64,000 nt of DNA from Nitrospirota bacterium (lineage in GTDB: Bacteria > Nitrospirota > Nitrospiria > Nitrospirales > NS-4), in the NCBI GenBank assembly GCA_005877815.1, contig VBOG01000078.1, positions 13,291 to 77,290 on the forward strand, read 5' to 3'. Below the pieces are notes generated by a model that saw nothing but the letters and a program-made list of their open reading frames with translations, searched no databases and was not told the origin of the DNA. Both the position numbers and the translations under genes were made by a program. Within the stretch, counting starts at the first letter, position 1, and every line of letters starts with the position of its first letter. Below are positions 55,672 to 64,000 of this stretch, piece after piece.

Positions 55672-56729
55672 CGGTCGCTCTCCCGTCTCAGCGCTAGTCC
55701 GACAACTACCGCTGCGGCAGGCGCAACTTCGGCAAGCGCTTCAGGGCCCATCTTCAAAGCTGTGACGTCAAGGGATTTAAAAGGGTCTGCGACGGTCGTG
55801 TCGATCCCAAGCTGTTCGGCGATGCGCCCAGGAAGCGTTTTGACGTTCGCACATCCACCGCACAAAACAATCCTGGAAAGATCTTCATATGAAGACGTCG
55901 TCCTGAAGTAATCGAATGACCGCCCGATTTCCGTCGCGATTTCTAGATCTACGGCTGCGATCACTGCATCCAATGCCGCATTCTTCGCCGTCGAATGGCC
56001 TTTCTTTGCCGTCTCGGCATCTTCATACGTCATGCCAAGATCTTGCATGATCCGCTCGGAGTAGCGGTTGCCGCCGATCGTGATGTCCCGGGTGAATGCC
56101 GAGACACCGCCTTTGAGGATATTGATATTCATGACACTCGCACCAACGTTTACAAGGGCGGTCAACTCGTTAGGCAATGTTTCATAATTCACGCAGTACA
56201 TGTTTTCGATCGCGAATGCATCGACATCCACGACTTTGGGAACCAATCCCGCTTCTCGCACGGCATTGGCATAGTCGTTCAACTTATCCTTCTTGGTCGC
56301 CACGAGGAGTACGGACATTACTGGTTGCCCTTCAGCAGAGCCTTCCTCGGTGCTTAAAATATGGAAGTCGAGATAGACGTCGTTGATGTCAAACGGAATG
56401 TATTGTTCGGCCTCAAATTTGATCTGGCGTTCTAAGTCCTGTTCGGGCATAGGCGGTAAGGTGATCTTTTTGACGATGACCGACGTACCTGAAATGGACA
56501 GCGCGACTTCCTTTTGTTTGAGTTTTTGGTCGGCGGCGATCGCCTTGATGGCCGAGACGACTTCGAGGCCATCCATAATCGCCCCGTCCACGATCGTTTC
56601 CGTCGGCAAGGCCTTGTTTGCGAATCGTTCGACGAAGTACTTCCCTTTGGACTCCTGCAACTGGAGAACCTTGATGGACCCGGAACCGATGTCCAGTCCG
56701 ACGAGATTGCCTTTGGAGCCAAAGAACAC
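55668..56729 (-). CDS. pilM: type IV pilus assembly ATPase-fold protein PilM
   Basis: 353 aa. ...LVGLDIGSGSIKVLQL..., actin-like fold motifs. Confidence 0.85.
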   Translation of the reverse strand: MFFGSKGNLVGLDIGSGSIKVLQLQESKGKYFVERFANKALPTETIVDGAIMDGLEVVSAIKAIAADQKLKQKEVALSISGTSVIVKKITLPPMPEQDLERQIKFEAEQYIPFDINDVYLDFHILSTEEGSAEGQPVMSVLLVATKKDKLNDYANAVREAGLVPKVVDVDAFAIENMYCVNYETLPNELTALVNVGASVMNINILKGGVSAFTRDITIGGNRYSERIMQDLGMTYEDAETAKKGHSTAKNAALDAVIAAVDLEIATEIGRSFDYFRTTSSYEDLSRIVLCGGCANVKTLPGRIAEQLGIDTTVADPFKSLDVTALKMGPEALAEVAPAAAVVVGLALRRESDR

Positions 56730-56747
56730 GTTTGCTTCCCTCGAGGT

Positions 56748-56993
56748 TTAGTTTGAAGTACGCCGACGAATCAGGCTCTTGATTTCCTCAATATTCGCGG
56801 TTGTATATAGTCGCCAGTTGCGCCAATCCCGCGATGGCAAGGAAATTAGCCCTTCGCGTTCCCAGCGATACAACGTCGCTTTTGAAATATCGAACAGGTG
56901 ACAGACCTCAATCGTAGAAAAACACCTTGCGGATCGCGTCCGACCAGCGGGCGAGTCCGTCCACGTCTTTTTCTTCAATTCGCCGACTTTCAC
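56748..56993 (-). CDS. small excisionase/MerR-superfamily HTH protein
   Basis: 81 aa. ...FSTIEVCHLFDISKATLYRWEREGLI... HTH_17-type motif. 18 nt upstream of pilM. No integrase nearby. Confidence 0.55.
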   Translation of the reverse strand: MKVGELKKKTWTDSPAGRTRSARCFSTIEVCHLFDISKATLYRWEREGLISLPSRDWRNWRLYTTANIEEIKSLIRRRTSN

Positions 56994-57048
56994 ACCGTCA
57001 CCAACTCCAGTAGTCCTAAAGCACTAGGTAAGCATACTATAGCACTTA

Positions 57049-57082
57049 AGTATAATTAGTATAATTTCAATGTCAAGCAATT
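57049..57082 (-). promoter_or_regulatory. candidate sigma70-type promoter for the HTH-pilMNOPQ operon
   Basis: Minus strand AATTGCTTGACA-16 nt-TATACT in an AT-rich island. Shares AATTGCTTGACA with the promoter at 1644..1655. Confidence 0.4.
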
Positions 57083-57099
57083 TTATGCAGGGTCAAATC

Positions 57100-57117
57100 T
57101 GTCGGGATTTGTCGGGA
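57100..57117. repeat. direct repeat TGTCGGGA x2 with 10-nt period upstream of the pil promoter
   Basis: Plus strand TGTCGGGAttTGTCGGGA (minus strand TCCCGACAaaTCCCGACA), 24-41 nt upstream of the -35 hexamer. One helical turn apart, so a candidate activator site. Confidence 0.3.
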
Positions 57118-57188
57118 GAATGCGAAAACAGGCGCCCAGAGGCTTACGACCAGTCCGGCTCAGGCGGCGAGAATATCTATGTTTGAAA

Positions 57189-58658
57189 TCAGTACGAACG
57201 TTTCCGACGGCTGGCGGATGGAATATTCAGTTCCATACGATACTTAGCTACTGTGCGGCGGGCAAGGACAACATTTTGGGCCTGCAATCGCGCCACAATC
57301 TCCTGGTCCTTCAGTGGACGGACCGGGTCTTCCTGGTCGACCATTTTTCGGATCATCTCTCGGACCGCGACTGAGGAAAGTTCGACCAAACCCTCCTGCG
57401 AGCGCGGGATGCTCGCATTGAAGAAGTATTTCAATTCGTAAATGCCCCGTGGGCAATGCAGGTATTTATTGGACGTGACACGACTGATCGTGGATTCGTG
57501 CATAGACACATCTTCGGCTACGTCACGGAGGATCATGGGACGAAGATACTGCACGCCATGCTCGAAGAATGGCTCCTGAAATTTGACGATGCTCTCCACG
57601 ACGCGCGCGATCGTCTTGTTCCGCTGTTCGATGCTGCGCATCAACCACTGCGCGGACCGCAACTTCTCATCAAGAAACGCTCTGGTGGTGTCGCTCGGAT
57701 CACGCTTCCCGACTAGAAAGCGCCGATAGTAGGAGCTGATGCGAAACCGCGGAATACCGTCATCGTTAAGCATGACGATCCAAGCGCCGTCCGACTTCAC
57801 CACATACACATCAGGAATGATCGCCGAGCTGTCGGAAGAGTAAAAAGGCCGCCCCGGCTTGGGCTCTAGCCCCTCGATAATCTTGGTCGCGTGCACAACC
57901 GCCTCGACCGAAGCACCGAGCGCTTTTGCAATGGCCGGATACCGTTTCCGCTCCAGATCAGGAAGATGGTTCACTACCATCGCTTCTACGAGAGAACCAC
58001 TGAGCCCAAGCTGTTCGATCTGAATGGCCAAGCATTCCTTGAGGTCTCGGGCAGCAACTCCAGAGGGATCAAATCCTTGCACGACCTTCAGCACCTGCGC
58101 GGCGCGTGCCGGAGTCATATTATCCGTATTGATCAAACTCGCGAGAGAGACCCGTAAATAGCCGTCTTCATCGATATTCCCGATTATGGCACGTGCAATC
58201 TCGAGATCTGTTTTGTCCAGCGGAGAAAGAGCCAATTGCCAGAGGAGGTGCTCTTCCAGCGTCGTCCCCTGTGCCATGGTCTGATCAATGGAAGGCATCT
58301 CGTCGCGTCCGACCCGCGGCGCCTCCACGTCGCCCCATTTACGATCGTCATCGAAATATTCATCCCAACTCGATGCTGAATCGTCACGCTCGCTGGCCGC
58401 CGTATCGCTTCCGGCGGTAGGTTCGGGTTCATCGCCTTTTGTCGGGCCCACCGTGTCATCGCTCGGTCCGGTATCGGTTTCGGCATCTTCGAGTTCCGGG
58501 CCGGCCTCTTCGAGCATGGGGTTTTCTTCAAGTTGTTGTGTCAAGGCCTCCTGGAGCTCCAACCGGGATAGTTGCAGCAGCTTGATGGCCTGCTGCAACT
58601 GCGGCGTCATCACGAGCTTCTGCGATAAACGGAGCTCTAATCTCGGCTGCATTCGCAC
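57189..58658 (-). CDS. rpoN: RNA polymerase sigma-54 factor
   Basis: 489 aa. N-terminal ...LQQAIKLLQLS..., acidic region II, C-terminal RpoN box ...ARRTVAKYR... Confidence 0.9.
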   Translation of the reverse strand: MRMQPRLELRLSQKLVMTPQLQQAIKLLQLSRLELQEALTQQLEENPMLEEAGPELEDAETDTGPSDDTVGPTKGDEPEPTAGSDTAASERDDSASSWDEYFDDDRKWGDVEAPRVGRDEMPSIDQTMAQGTTLEEHLLWQLALSPLDKTDLEIARAIIGNIDEDGYLRVSLASLINTDNMTPARAAQVLKVVQGFDPSGVAARDLKECLAIQIEQLGLSGSLVEAMVVNHLPDLERKRYPAIAKALGASVEAVVHATKIIEGLEPKPGRPFYSSDSSAIIPDVYVVKSDGAWIVMLNDDGIPRFRISSYYRRFLVGKRDPSDTTRAFLDEKLRSAQWLMRSIEQRNKTIARVVESIVKFQEPFFEHGVQYLRPMILRDVAEDVSMHESTISRVTSNKYLHCPRGIYELKYFFNASIPRSQEGLVELSSVAVREMIRKMVDQEDPVRPLKDQEIVARLQAQNVVLARRTVAKYRMELNIPSASRRKRSY

Positions 58659-58663
58659 TCTCC

Positions 58664-59425
58664 CTACAGACGAAATCCCTCTCCGAGATACACTTCCCGA
58701 GCCCGCTTGCTGTTCACCAAGTCTGCCGGCGACCCCTCCTCAAGAACCTCCCCTTCGTTGATGATATACGCACGGTCGGTGATGGACAAGGTCTGTTGGA
58801 CGTTATGGTCGGTCATCAAAATTCCGATATTTCTGGTTCTTAAGCGTCGTATGATGTCTTGGATATCGCCGACGGCAATGGGATCAATGCCAGCGAAGGG
58901 CTCATCCAGCATCAGAAAGTGCGGCCGCATCACAAGCGCTCTCGCGATTTCAACTCGTCGCCGCTCGCCGCCGGAAAGGGTGAAGGCCTTACTCGTACGA
59001 ATATGATCGAGACCGAGTTCGACCATTGCTGTCTCCATGCGTTCCTGACGTTCGCTCTCCGTCACATCCAGCAATTCGAGTACCGCCGTCAAATTCTGTT
59101 CAACGGTCATCCGCCGAAATACGGAAGATTCTTGGGGCAGATATCCAATACCCCGGCGCGCACGCTGATACATCGGCAGATTCGTGATCGGCTCTCCGCG
59201 CAGCAACACGTGACCGCTATCCGGGACCGTCAATCCGACCATCATGTCGAAGACCGTCGTCTTGCCAGCACCATTCGGCCCCAACAAACCGATAATCTCG
59301 CCAGGCTTCACCGCCAAACTGACGCCTTTGACGACCTGGCGACTACGATAGGCCTTCGCCAGTGAGCGTGCTTCGAAAGTCAGCGAGTCATCCTCTGGCA
59401 GCACCTCGCCATTAAGTTCATTCAC
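58664..59425 (-). CDS. lptB: LPS export ABC transporter ATP-binding protein LptB
   Basis: 253 aa. [36 protein letters not shown]. Sits between lptA and rpoN. Confidence 0.9.
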   Translation of the reverse strand: MNELNGEVLPEDDSLTFEARSLAKAYRSRQVVKGVSLAVKPGEIIGLLGPNGAGKTTVFDMMVGLTVPDSGHVLLRGEPITNLPMYQRARRGIGYLPQESSVFRRMTVEQNLTAVLELLDVTESERQERMETAMVELGLDHIRTSKAFTLSGGERRRVEIARALVMRPHFLMLDEPFAGIDPIAVGDIQDIIRRLRTRNIGILMTDHNVQQTLSITDRAYIINEGEVLEEGSPADLVNSKRAREVYLGEGFRL

Positions 59426-59979
59426 TTGGGTGCCGATCCTGCTTCAGTGATCACGACCCGGCTCCCGCCTTCGACAATGCTGCGATCTTCTTTGAGAAAC
59501 ATCGTCATTTTCACCCCGGTGACCCGATATCCTTCCTCCCAGACTTCAGGGTCGCCGGTAAGTATCAATTTGTCATCCCGCTGGTAATAAAAGGCCTTTT
59601 TGGATTTGGACTGCTTTCCACCCTGGCGGATGACCACATTGCCGGTCGCTTCGATTAGCGACACGGCACGATTGCCGAACGTTGGCAGGTCCGGAGATCC
59701 GGCAGTCCGCGGCGGCATCTTGTCGGGCTTAGTGCCCGGTTGGGCATTGGGTTCAAAGTACATGGTCATCTGATCGGAATTCATCACAAACCCCGTTTTC
59801 TTCATAACCACTTTGCCTTCGAAAAAAGCGGTACTCTCCTGATTTTTGAACACGAGCGACTGCGACGTTATGACGATGTTATTGCTGGGGGTTGCGGAGG
59901 AGGAATCCAACGGGGGCGCCGCCGAGACCAGCCCTCCCCATAGCAAGACAAAAGCGCTAACGAACCTCCACATGGACAT
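59422..59979 (-). CDS. lptA: LptA (OstA-like) periplasmic LPS transport protein
   Basis: 185 aa. Signal peptide, OstA_N-like beta-jellyroll repeats (...ITSQSLVF...FEGKVVM...GNVVIRQG...). Conserved lptC-lptA-lptB order. Confidence 0.7.
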   Translation of the reverse strand: MSMWRFVSAFVLLWGGLVSAAPPLDSSSATPSNNIVITSQSLVFKNQESTAFFEGKVVMKKTGFVMNSDQMTMYFEPNAQPGTKPDKMPPRTAGSPDLPTFGNRAVSLIEATGNVVIRQGGKQSKSKKAFYYQRDDKLILTGDPEVWEEGYRVTGVKMTMFLKEDRSIVEGGSRVVITEAGSAPK

Positions 59980-60538
59980 CCCGCCTGACCCTCATCTCTC
60001 TATTTGGGAGGAGCGTATCCATGCCTTGCCCCACGATTTCCAACCGAGGACCCGTGATCCTGACGGCGTCATCCGTCCACAGACGATGCTCCTCATTCGC
60101 CCATGCAATATGAGGCGTATAGATGGTGAAGCCATCTTGAAGGACGACTGCGAGATCTCCTGAACGCCGGCCGATCACGAAATCCTTGGATGCTGTGTTG
60201 ATCGTCCCTTCATCGCCCTCGACGGTCATGGAGACGCCATCACGCCCCGTGAGGGTGACGGTTACGTCTGTCAGAACGGCCTTGGCTTCTGTCTCGGACA
60301 TCCGCGCTTGTTTGGCGTGGATTTTCCAGTCGACTAGACCATCCTTGTTCTGGACAAATGAAAATTCATGTAATCCGGAATCCCCTCCATTCGGCAATAC
60401 TGCAACAGAAACAGGTGGGACACGACGGGAAGGCCCGGAAGCAACGAACGCGACAATCGTCGTGAGAATGGCGACAATGACGACGAGCAACCCAATCCTT
60501 GCCAGCCGCACTCCTGAATAGACGGATTCGGCGTACAT
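59957..60538 (-). CDS. lptC: LptC-like LPS export protein
   Basis: 193 aa from ATG 60538. N-terminal TM anchor (LARIGLLVVIVAILTTIVAFV), then a beta-rich domain. The track start at 60730 would overlap rplQ. Confidence 0.6.
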   Translation of the reverse strand: MYAESVYSGVRLARIGLLVVIVAILTTIVAFVASGPSRRVPPVSVAVLPNGGDSGLHEFSFVQNKDGLVDWKIHAKQARMSETEAKAVLTDVTVTLTGRDGVSMTVEGDEGTINTASKDFVIGRRSGDLAVVLQDGFTIYTPHIAWANEEHRLWTDDAVRITGPRLEIVGQGMDTLLPNREMRVRRDVHVEVR

Positions 60539-60632
60539 GCCGCTGACTATAACATACCGGTTCGTGACATTTCTATGGAACGTACCGCACGATAAGTGCC
60601 GAGCAGCAGGCGGGGATCTTTTTGTCAGCGCA

Positions 60633-61088
60633 TCAAAAGGTGGCGGCGGTTGTCTCCTGCGATGTCGACTTGGCTCCCCTGACGCTGGTCCCACGATCCT
60701 CCTTGGACTCTGGACTCTTTTTCTTGTCAACTCCGCGAGCTACCAACTCGATAACGACCATTCGCGCGGCATCCCCGATACGCCGCCTGGTTTTGATGAG
60801 CCGCGTATAACCGCCCTTTCGTTCTGAAAACCGTCCTGCCAGATCGCTAAACACTTTGGTCACGACGGATTTGGTTCTGACATATGACAATGCTCGGCGC
60901 CGCGCGTGAAGATCACCTTGCTTCCCAAGGGTGATGATCCTGTCGGCAATGATCCTGAGTTCCTTGCCTTTCGCTTCGGTGGTCTCAATCCGCTCGTGCT
61001 GCAATAATGATGTTACGAGGCTCCGAAACAGCGCCCGACGATGGTGTGTATTCCGCCCGAGCTGGCGGCCGCTTTTTCCATGTCGCAT
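60633..61088 (-). CDS. rplQ: 50S ribosomal protein L17 (with Lys/Glu/Ser/Thr-rich C-terminal tail)
   Basis: [24 protein letters not shown]... canonical L17 N-terminus from ATG 61088. Confidence 0.9.
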   Translation of the reverse strand: MRHGKSGRQLGRNTHHRRALFRSLVTSLLQHERIETTEAKGKELRIIADRIITLGKQGDLHARRRALSYVRTKSVVTKVFSDLAGRFSERKGGYTRLIKTRRRIGDAARMVVIELVARGVDKKKSPESKEDRGTSVRGAKSTSQETTAATF

Positions 61089-61095
61089 GCGCGGG

Positions 61096-62112
61096 CTACT
61101 CCTCTCGCTTGTCCCCAGAGACACCGTCTGAAATGTGGTCGAGCTTCATGCCGAGGCTCAGTCCCATCTCTGTAAGAATCTCCTTGATCTCGTTAAGTGA
61201 TTTCTTGCCGAAGTTTTTGGTCCGCAGCATATCGGCTTCCGTCTTCTGCACCAGATGGGCAATCGTTTTGATATTGGCGTTCTTCAAGCAATTTGCGGCC
61301 CGGACCGATAATTCAAGTTCATTGACACTTCTGAGCAGGTTTTTGTTGCTTTCCGTAATCGACTCGGACGCCATAGGCCTGCTGATGGTTTCTTCCATGT
61401 CTTTGACATTGATAAAGATGTCGAGATGGCCGCGTACGATTAACGCCGCCGCAGAGAGGCTGTCTTCGGGAGAAATGCTCCCATCGGTCCAGATTTCAAG
61501 GATCAGTTTGTCGTAGTCGGTCATCCGGCCGACGCGGGCGTTTTCGACAAGGTAGTTGACGCGCGTGACCGGTGAGTATAACGCGTCAACAGGAATCACA
61601 CCGATTTCCATCTCTTCATCTTTGTTTCGCTCAGCAGGAACATATCCACGCCCTTTTTTCACGATCATCTCCATGTCGAGCATGGCCCCCTTGTCTAGGG
61701 TCGCCAGATGGAGATCAGGCGTCAGGAGTTCGATGTCCCCGTCGTGCTCAATGTCGCCTGCTTTGGCGACACCCGGCCCTTTTTTCCGTAAGCGAATCGT
61801 TTTTGTCTTGTCGGCGTGAAGCTTGAGCCGGATCTTTTTGACATTCAGGATGATATCCGTGACGTCTTCCGTGATTCCTGGGATCGTCGAGAACTCGTGC
61901 AATACGCCTTCGATTTTCACGGAGACGATCGCTGCCCCCGTCAAGGAAGACAACAGCACGCGGCGTAAAGAGTTTCCAACGGTCGTTCCGAATCCACGTT
62001 CGAACGGTTCGGCGGTAAACCGACCATATGTCGCCGTCAACGTTTCCTTGTCGACTTCGGCTTTCGTGGGGATCTGAAAATCACGCATCCCCTTCTGCAT
62101 CGTGGTCTGCAT
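61096..62112 (-). CDS. rpoA: DNA-directed RNA polymerase subunit alpha
   Basis: 338 aa. ...[20 protein letters not shown]..., C-terminal domain ...[16 protein letters not shown]... Confidence 0.95.
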   Translation of the reverse strand: MQTTMQKGMRDFQIPTKAEVDKETLTATYGRFTAEPFERGFGTTVGNSLRRVLLSSLTGAAIVSVKIEGVLHEFSTIPGITEDVTDIILNVKKIRLKLHADKTKTIRLRKKGPGVAKAGDIEHDGDIELLTPDLHLATLDKGAMLDMEMIVKKGRGYVPAERNKDEEMEIGVIPVDALYSPVTRVNYLVENARVGRMTDYDKLILEIWTDGSISPEDSLSAAALIVRGHLDIFINVKDMEETISRPMASESITESNKNLLRSVNELELSVRAANCLKNANIKTIAHLVQKTEADMLRTKNFGKKSLNEIKEILTEMGLSLGMKLDHISDGVSGDKREE

Positions 62113-62163
62113 ACTCGCTCCCTTTAGCGGCGGTTCATGGATGGCCCCGTTTAGTCGCGCAGA

Positions 62164-62790
62164 TCAACGCGAATAGAGGTCCACCACCAATTGCTCATTG
62201 ACCGGGACGGCGATCTCTTCCTTGGTCGGTAAGCCCCGAACCGTCCCCTTTACATTCGCTTTGTCGAGATCCAACCAGACCGGCACTCCCCGTCCATCCA
62301 CCCCTTCGAGTGCAGACGCGATCGGCAGAATAGCCCGACTACGCTCTTTGACCTCAATCACATCGCCCTCACGCACCAGGAAGGACGGCTTATTCACCTT
62401 CCGTCCATTGACCTGAAAATGTGCATGATTGATCAACTGACGCGCTTCCGCCCGTGACGCAGCGAAGCCGATGCGGTACACAACATTATCAAGTCGCTGC
62501 TCCAGCAATCGAAGCAGGTTTTCCCCCGTGATCCCCTGCTGGCGCTCAGCTTTCGAAAAGATGCCTCGAAACTGCCGTTCAAGAATGCCGTATGTCCGCT
62601 TCAGTTTCTGCTTTTCGCGAAGCTGTGTACTGTACTCAGAAGCCCTCGGGCGCGCTTGCCCATGCTGCCCGGGAGGAAACGCCCGCCGTTCCACGGCGCA
62701 CTTCTCCGTCATGCACCGAGAGCCCTTGAGAAAAAGCTTCACCCCTTCACGACGACACAACCGACAGACGGGACCGCGATATTTAGCCAC
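62164..62790 (-). CDS. rpsD: 30S ribosomal protein S4
   Basis: GTG 62790 follows GGGAGGAG and gives (M)[15 protein letters not shown]..., the canonical S4 N-terminus. The track start at 62805 lies inside the SD. Confidence 0.9.
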   Translation of the reverse strand: MAKYRGPVCRLCRREGVKLFLKGSRCMTEKCAVERRAFPPGQHGQARPRASEYSTQLREKQKLKRTYGILERQFRGIFSKAERQQGITGENLLRLLEQRLDNVVYRIGFAASRAEARQLINHAHFQVNGRKVNKPSFLVREGDVIEVKERSRAILPIASALEGVDGRGVPVWLDLDKANVKGTVRGLPTKEEIAVPVNEQLVVDLYSR

Positions 62791-62834
62791 CGAACTCCTC
62801 CCCACCGAACATATTCGAACGCACGCCTTCTCCC

Positions 62835-63218
62835 TTAGACCCTTCGCCGTTTCGGCGGACGACAGCCGTTATGCGGAATCGGCGTGACATCGCGAATCAT
62901 ATTAATACGCAAGCCGGCGGACTGCAGCGCGCGAATCGCCGATTCGCGACCCGACCCCGGCCCTTTCACATATACGTCAAGTTGCCGCATACCGTATTCC
63001 ATGGCTTTTTTTGCAGCGACTTCACCGGCGCGCGTAGCAGCAAAAGGGGTGCTCTTTCTTGAGCCCTTGAAGCCTTGGTTGCCCGCGCTCGCCCACACGA
63101 CGGTGTCCCCACCCATATCCGTGATCGTCACGATCGTGTTGTTAAATGACGCTTGGATATGTGCCACCCCACTCTGCACGACTTTTCGTTCCCGCTTCTT
63201 CCCTTTTTTGACGCCCAT
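62835..63218 (-). CDS. rpsK: 30S ribosomal protein S11
   Basis: 127 aa. ...[18 protein letters not shown]...[10 protein letters not shown]... Confidence 0.95.
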   Translation of the reverse strand: MGVKKGKKRERKVVQSGVAHIQASFNNTIVTITDMGGDTVVWASAGNQGFKGSRKSTPFAATRAGEVAAKKAMEYGMRQLDVYVKGPGSGRESAIRALQSAGLRINMIRDVTPIPHNGCRPPKRRRV

Positions 63219-63227
63219 CGTCGCTCC

Positions 63228-63608
63228 TTACACCGTCCTAATCGTTTTTCGAGCTTTGCCCATTCCCTTCGGACCTTTTCGAGTCCGGGCATTCGTCTTG
63301 GTCCGCTGTCCCCTGACGGGCAGGCCCTTGCGGTGCCGGAGGCCGCGGTACGCTCCAATGTCAATCAATCGCTTGATGTTCATCGACACTTCTTTGCGCA
63401 GGTCGCCTTCCACTTTATGCTCCCGCTCGATAATCTCCCGCAGCTTCACGATTTCATCCTCGCGGAGATCTTTGACACGGGTCGTACCGTCCACCCCAGA
63501 CTTCTTCAAAATCTGACGCACCAGCGCACGGCCGATCCCATAAATATATGTGAGCCCTACGTGGACTTGCTTGTCCCGAGGAAGGTCAACCCCGGCAATT
63601 CGTGCCAT
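63228..63608 (-). CDS. rpsM: 30S ribosomal protein S13
   Basis: 126 aa. [13 protein letters not shown]...[21 protein letters not shown]... Confidence 0.95.
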   Translation of the reverse strand: MARIAGVDLPRDKQVHVGLTYIYGIGRALVRQILKKSGVDGTTRVKDLREDEIVKLREIIEREHKVEGDLRKEVSMNIKRLIDIGAYRGLRHRKGLPVRGQRTKTNARTRKGPKGMGKARKTIRTV

Positions 63609-63668
63609 ATCGAAATCTCCAAACCAACAAACGTTTCAATCCAATGCCTTCACGACACTAGGATCCCT

Positions 63669-63782
63669 TTATCCCTGCCGCTGCTTATGCCTCGGATTCG
63701 CACACAGCACGCGGAGGATGCCACGACGGCGAATCACTTTACACTTCGAGCAGATCGGCTTCACTGATGATTTTACCTTCAT
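63669..63782 (-). CDS. rpmJ: 50S ribosomal protein L36 (not in the ORF track)
   Basis: Own translation: [37 protein letters not shown], 37 aa, between rpsM and infA. Confidence 0.9.
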   Translation of the reverse strand: MKVKSSVKPICSKCKVIRRRGILRVLCANPRHKQRQG

Positions 63783-63798
63783 GGCCTCGCATACCTCT

Positions 63799-64000
63799 TC
63801 ATTTGAACCTGTATGTGATACGGCCGCGCGTCAGATCGTAGGGCGATAATTCCACTGTCACCTTATCGCCCGGGAGAATCCGGATGAAATGCATCCGCAT
63901 TTTCCCTGAGATGTGGGCGAGAATTTTATGACCATTGTCCAACTGTACCCTGAACATCGCGTTCGGTAGCGTCTCCGCAACCGTGCCCTGCACCTCAATG
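63799..64000 (-). CDS. infA: translation initiation factor IF-1, N-terminus beyond window end
   Basis: ...[66 protein letters not shown]. The frame stays open to position 64000, so the listed Met at 63993 is internal. Confidence 0.9.
   Translation of the reverse strand, partial: IEVQGTVAETLPNAMFRVQLDNGHKILAHISGKMRMHFIRILPGDKVTVELSPYDLTRGRITYRFK

Overview
GC-rich (about 55-60% by eye) chromosomal segment of dense housekeeping and nitrogen-metabolism genes, mostly on the minus strand. I found no transposase, integrase, CRISPR array, tRNA or rRNA. Cyanase with a Cyn/Nrt-type ABC transporter, NarK, a truncated haemoglobin and many 4-nt gene overlaps suggest a Nitrospira-like nitrifier, but that is only a guess without a database search.

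Gene content, left to right:
- A Pil-Chp-type chemosensory cluster (PilG/H-like receiver, CheW, MCP).
- Three small hypothetical genes.
- A Ski2-like helicase encoded as two translationally coupled ORFs in swapped order.
- An AI-2E transporter and a four-lipoprotein cluster (LPP20 / COG3014-like / LpoB-like / LPP20).
- acs.
- An ECF sigma/anti-sigma pair coupled to purL-purF.
- A lipoprotein truncated haemoglobin.
- purQ-purS-purB-nusB-ribH-ribBA behind narK.
- rpoH and two tandem stand-alone receivers.
- A split, divergently transcribed GlnE pair.
- A collinear nitrogen string: OMP-amt-PII-glnD-glnA-cyn/nrt ABC-cynS.
- nadE, a GAF-GAF-ANTAR regulator coupled to aroC-aroB, pilMNOPQ, rpoN-lptBAC, and the end of the ribosomal alpha operon (infA to rplQ).

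Most interesting signals:
1. Two adjacent hexaloop hairpins with A1/G4 loops, the published ANTAR RNA-target signature, in the leader of the OMP-amt-PII-glnD-glnA string. The only ANTAR regulator gene in the window lies about 2 kb upstream.
2. Similar loops on terminator-type hairpins just before the cyn/nrt and nadE start codons.
3. The order-permuted split helicase.
4. The split GlnE with an ACT-ACT fusion and apparently leaderless back-to-back promoters.
5. A single-base frameshift in pilP.

All calls come from reading the translations and sequence by eye. No searches or folding programs were run.
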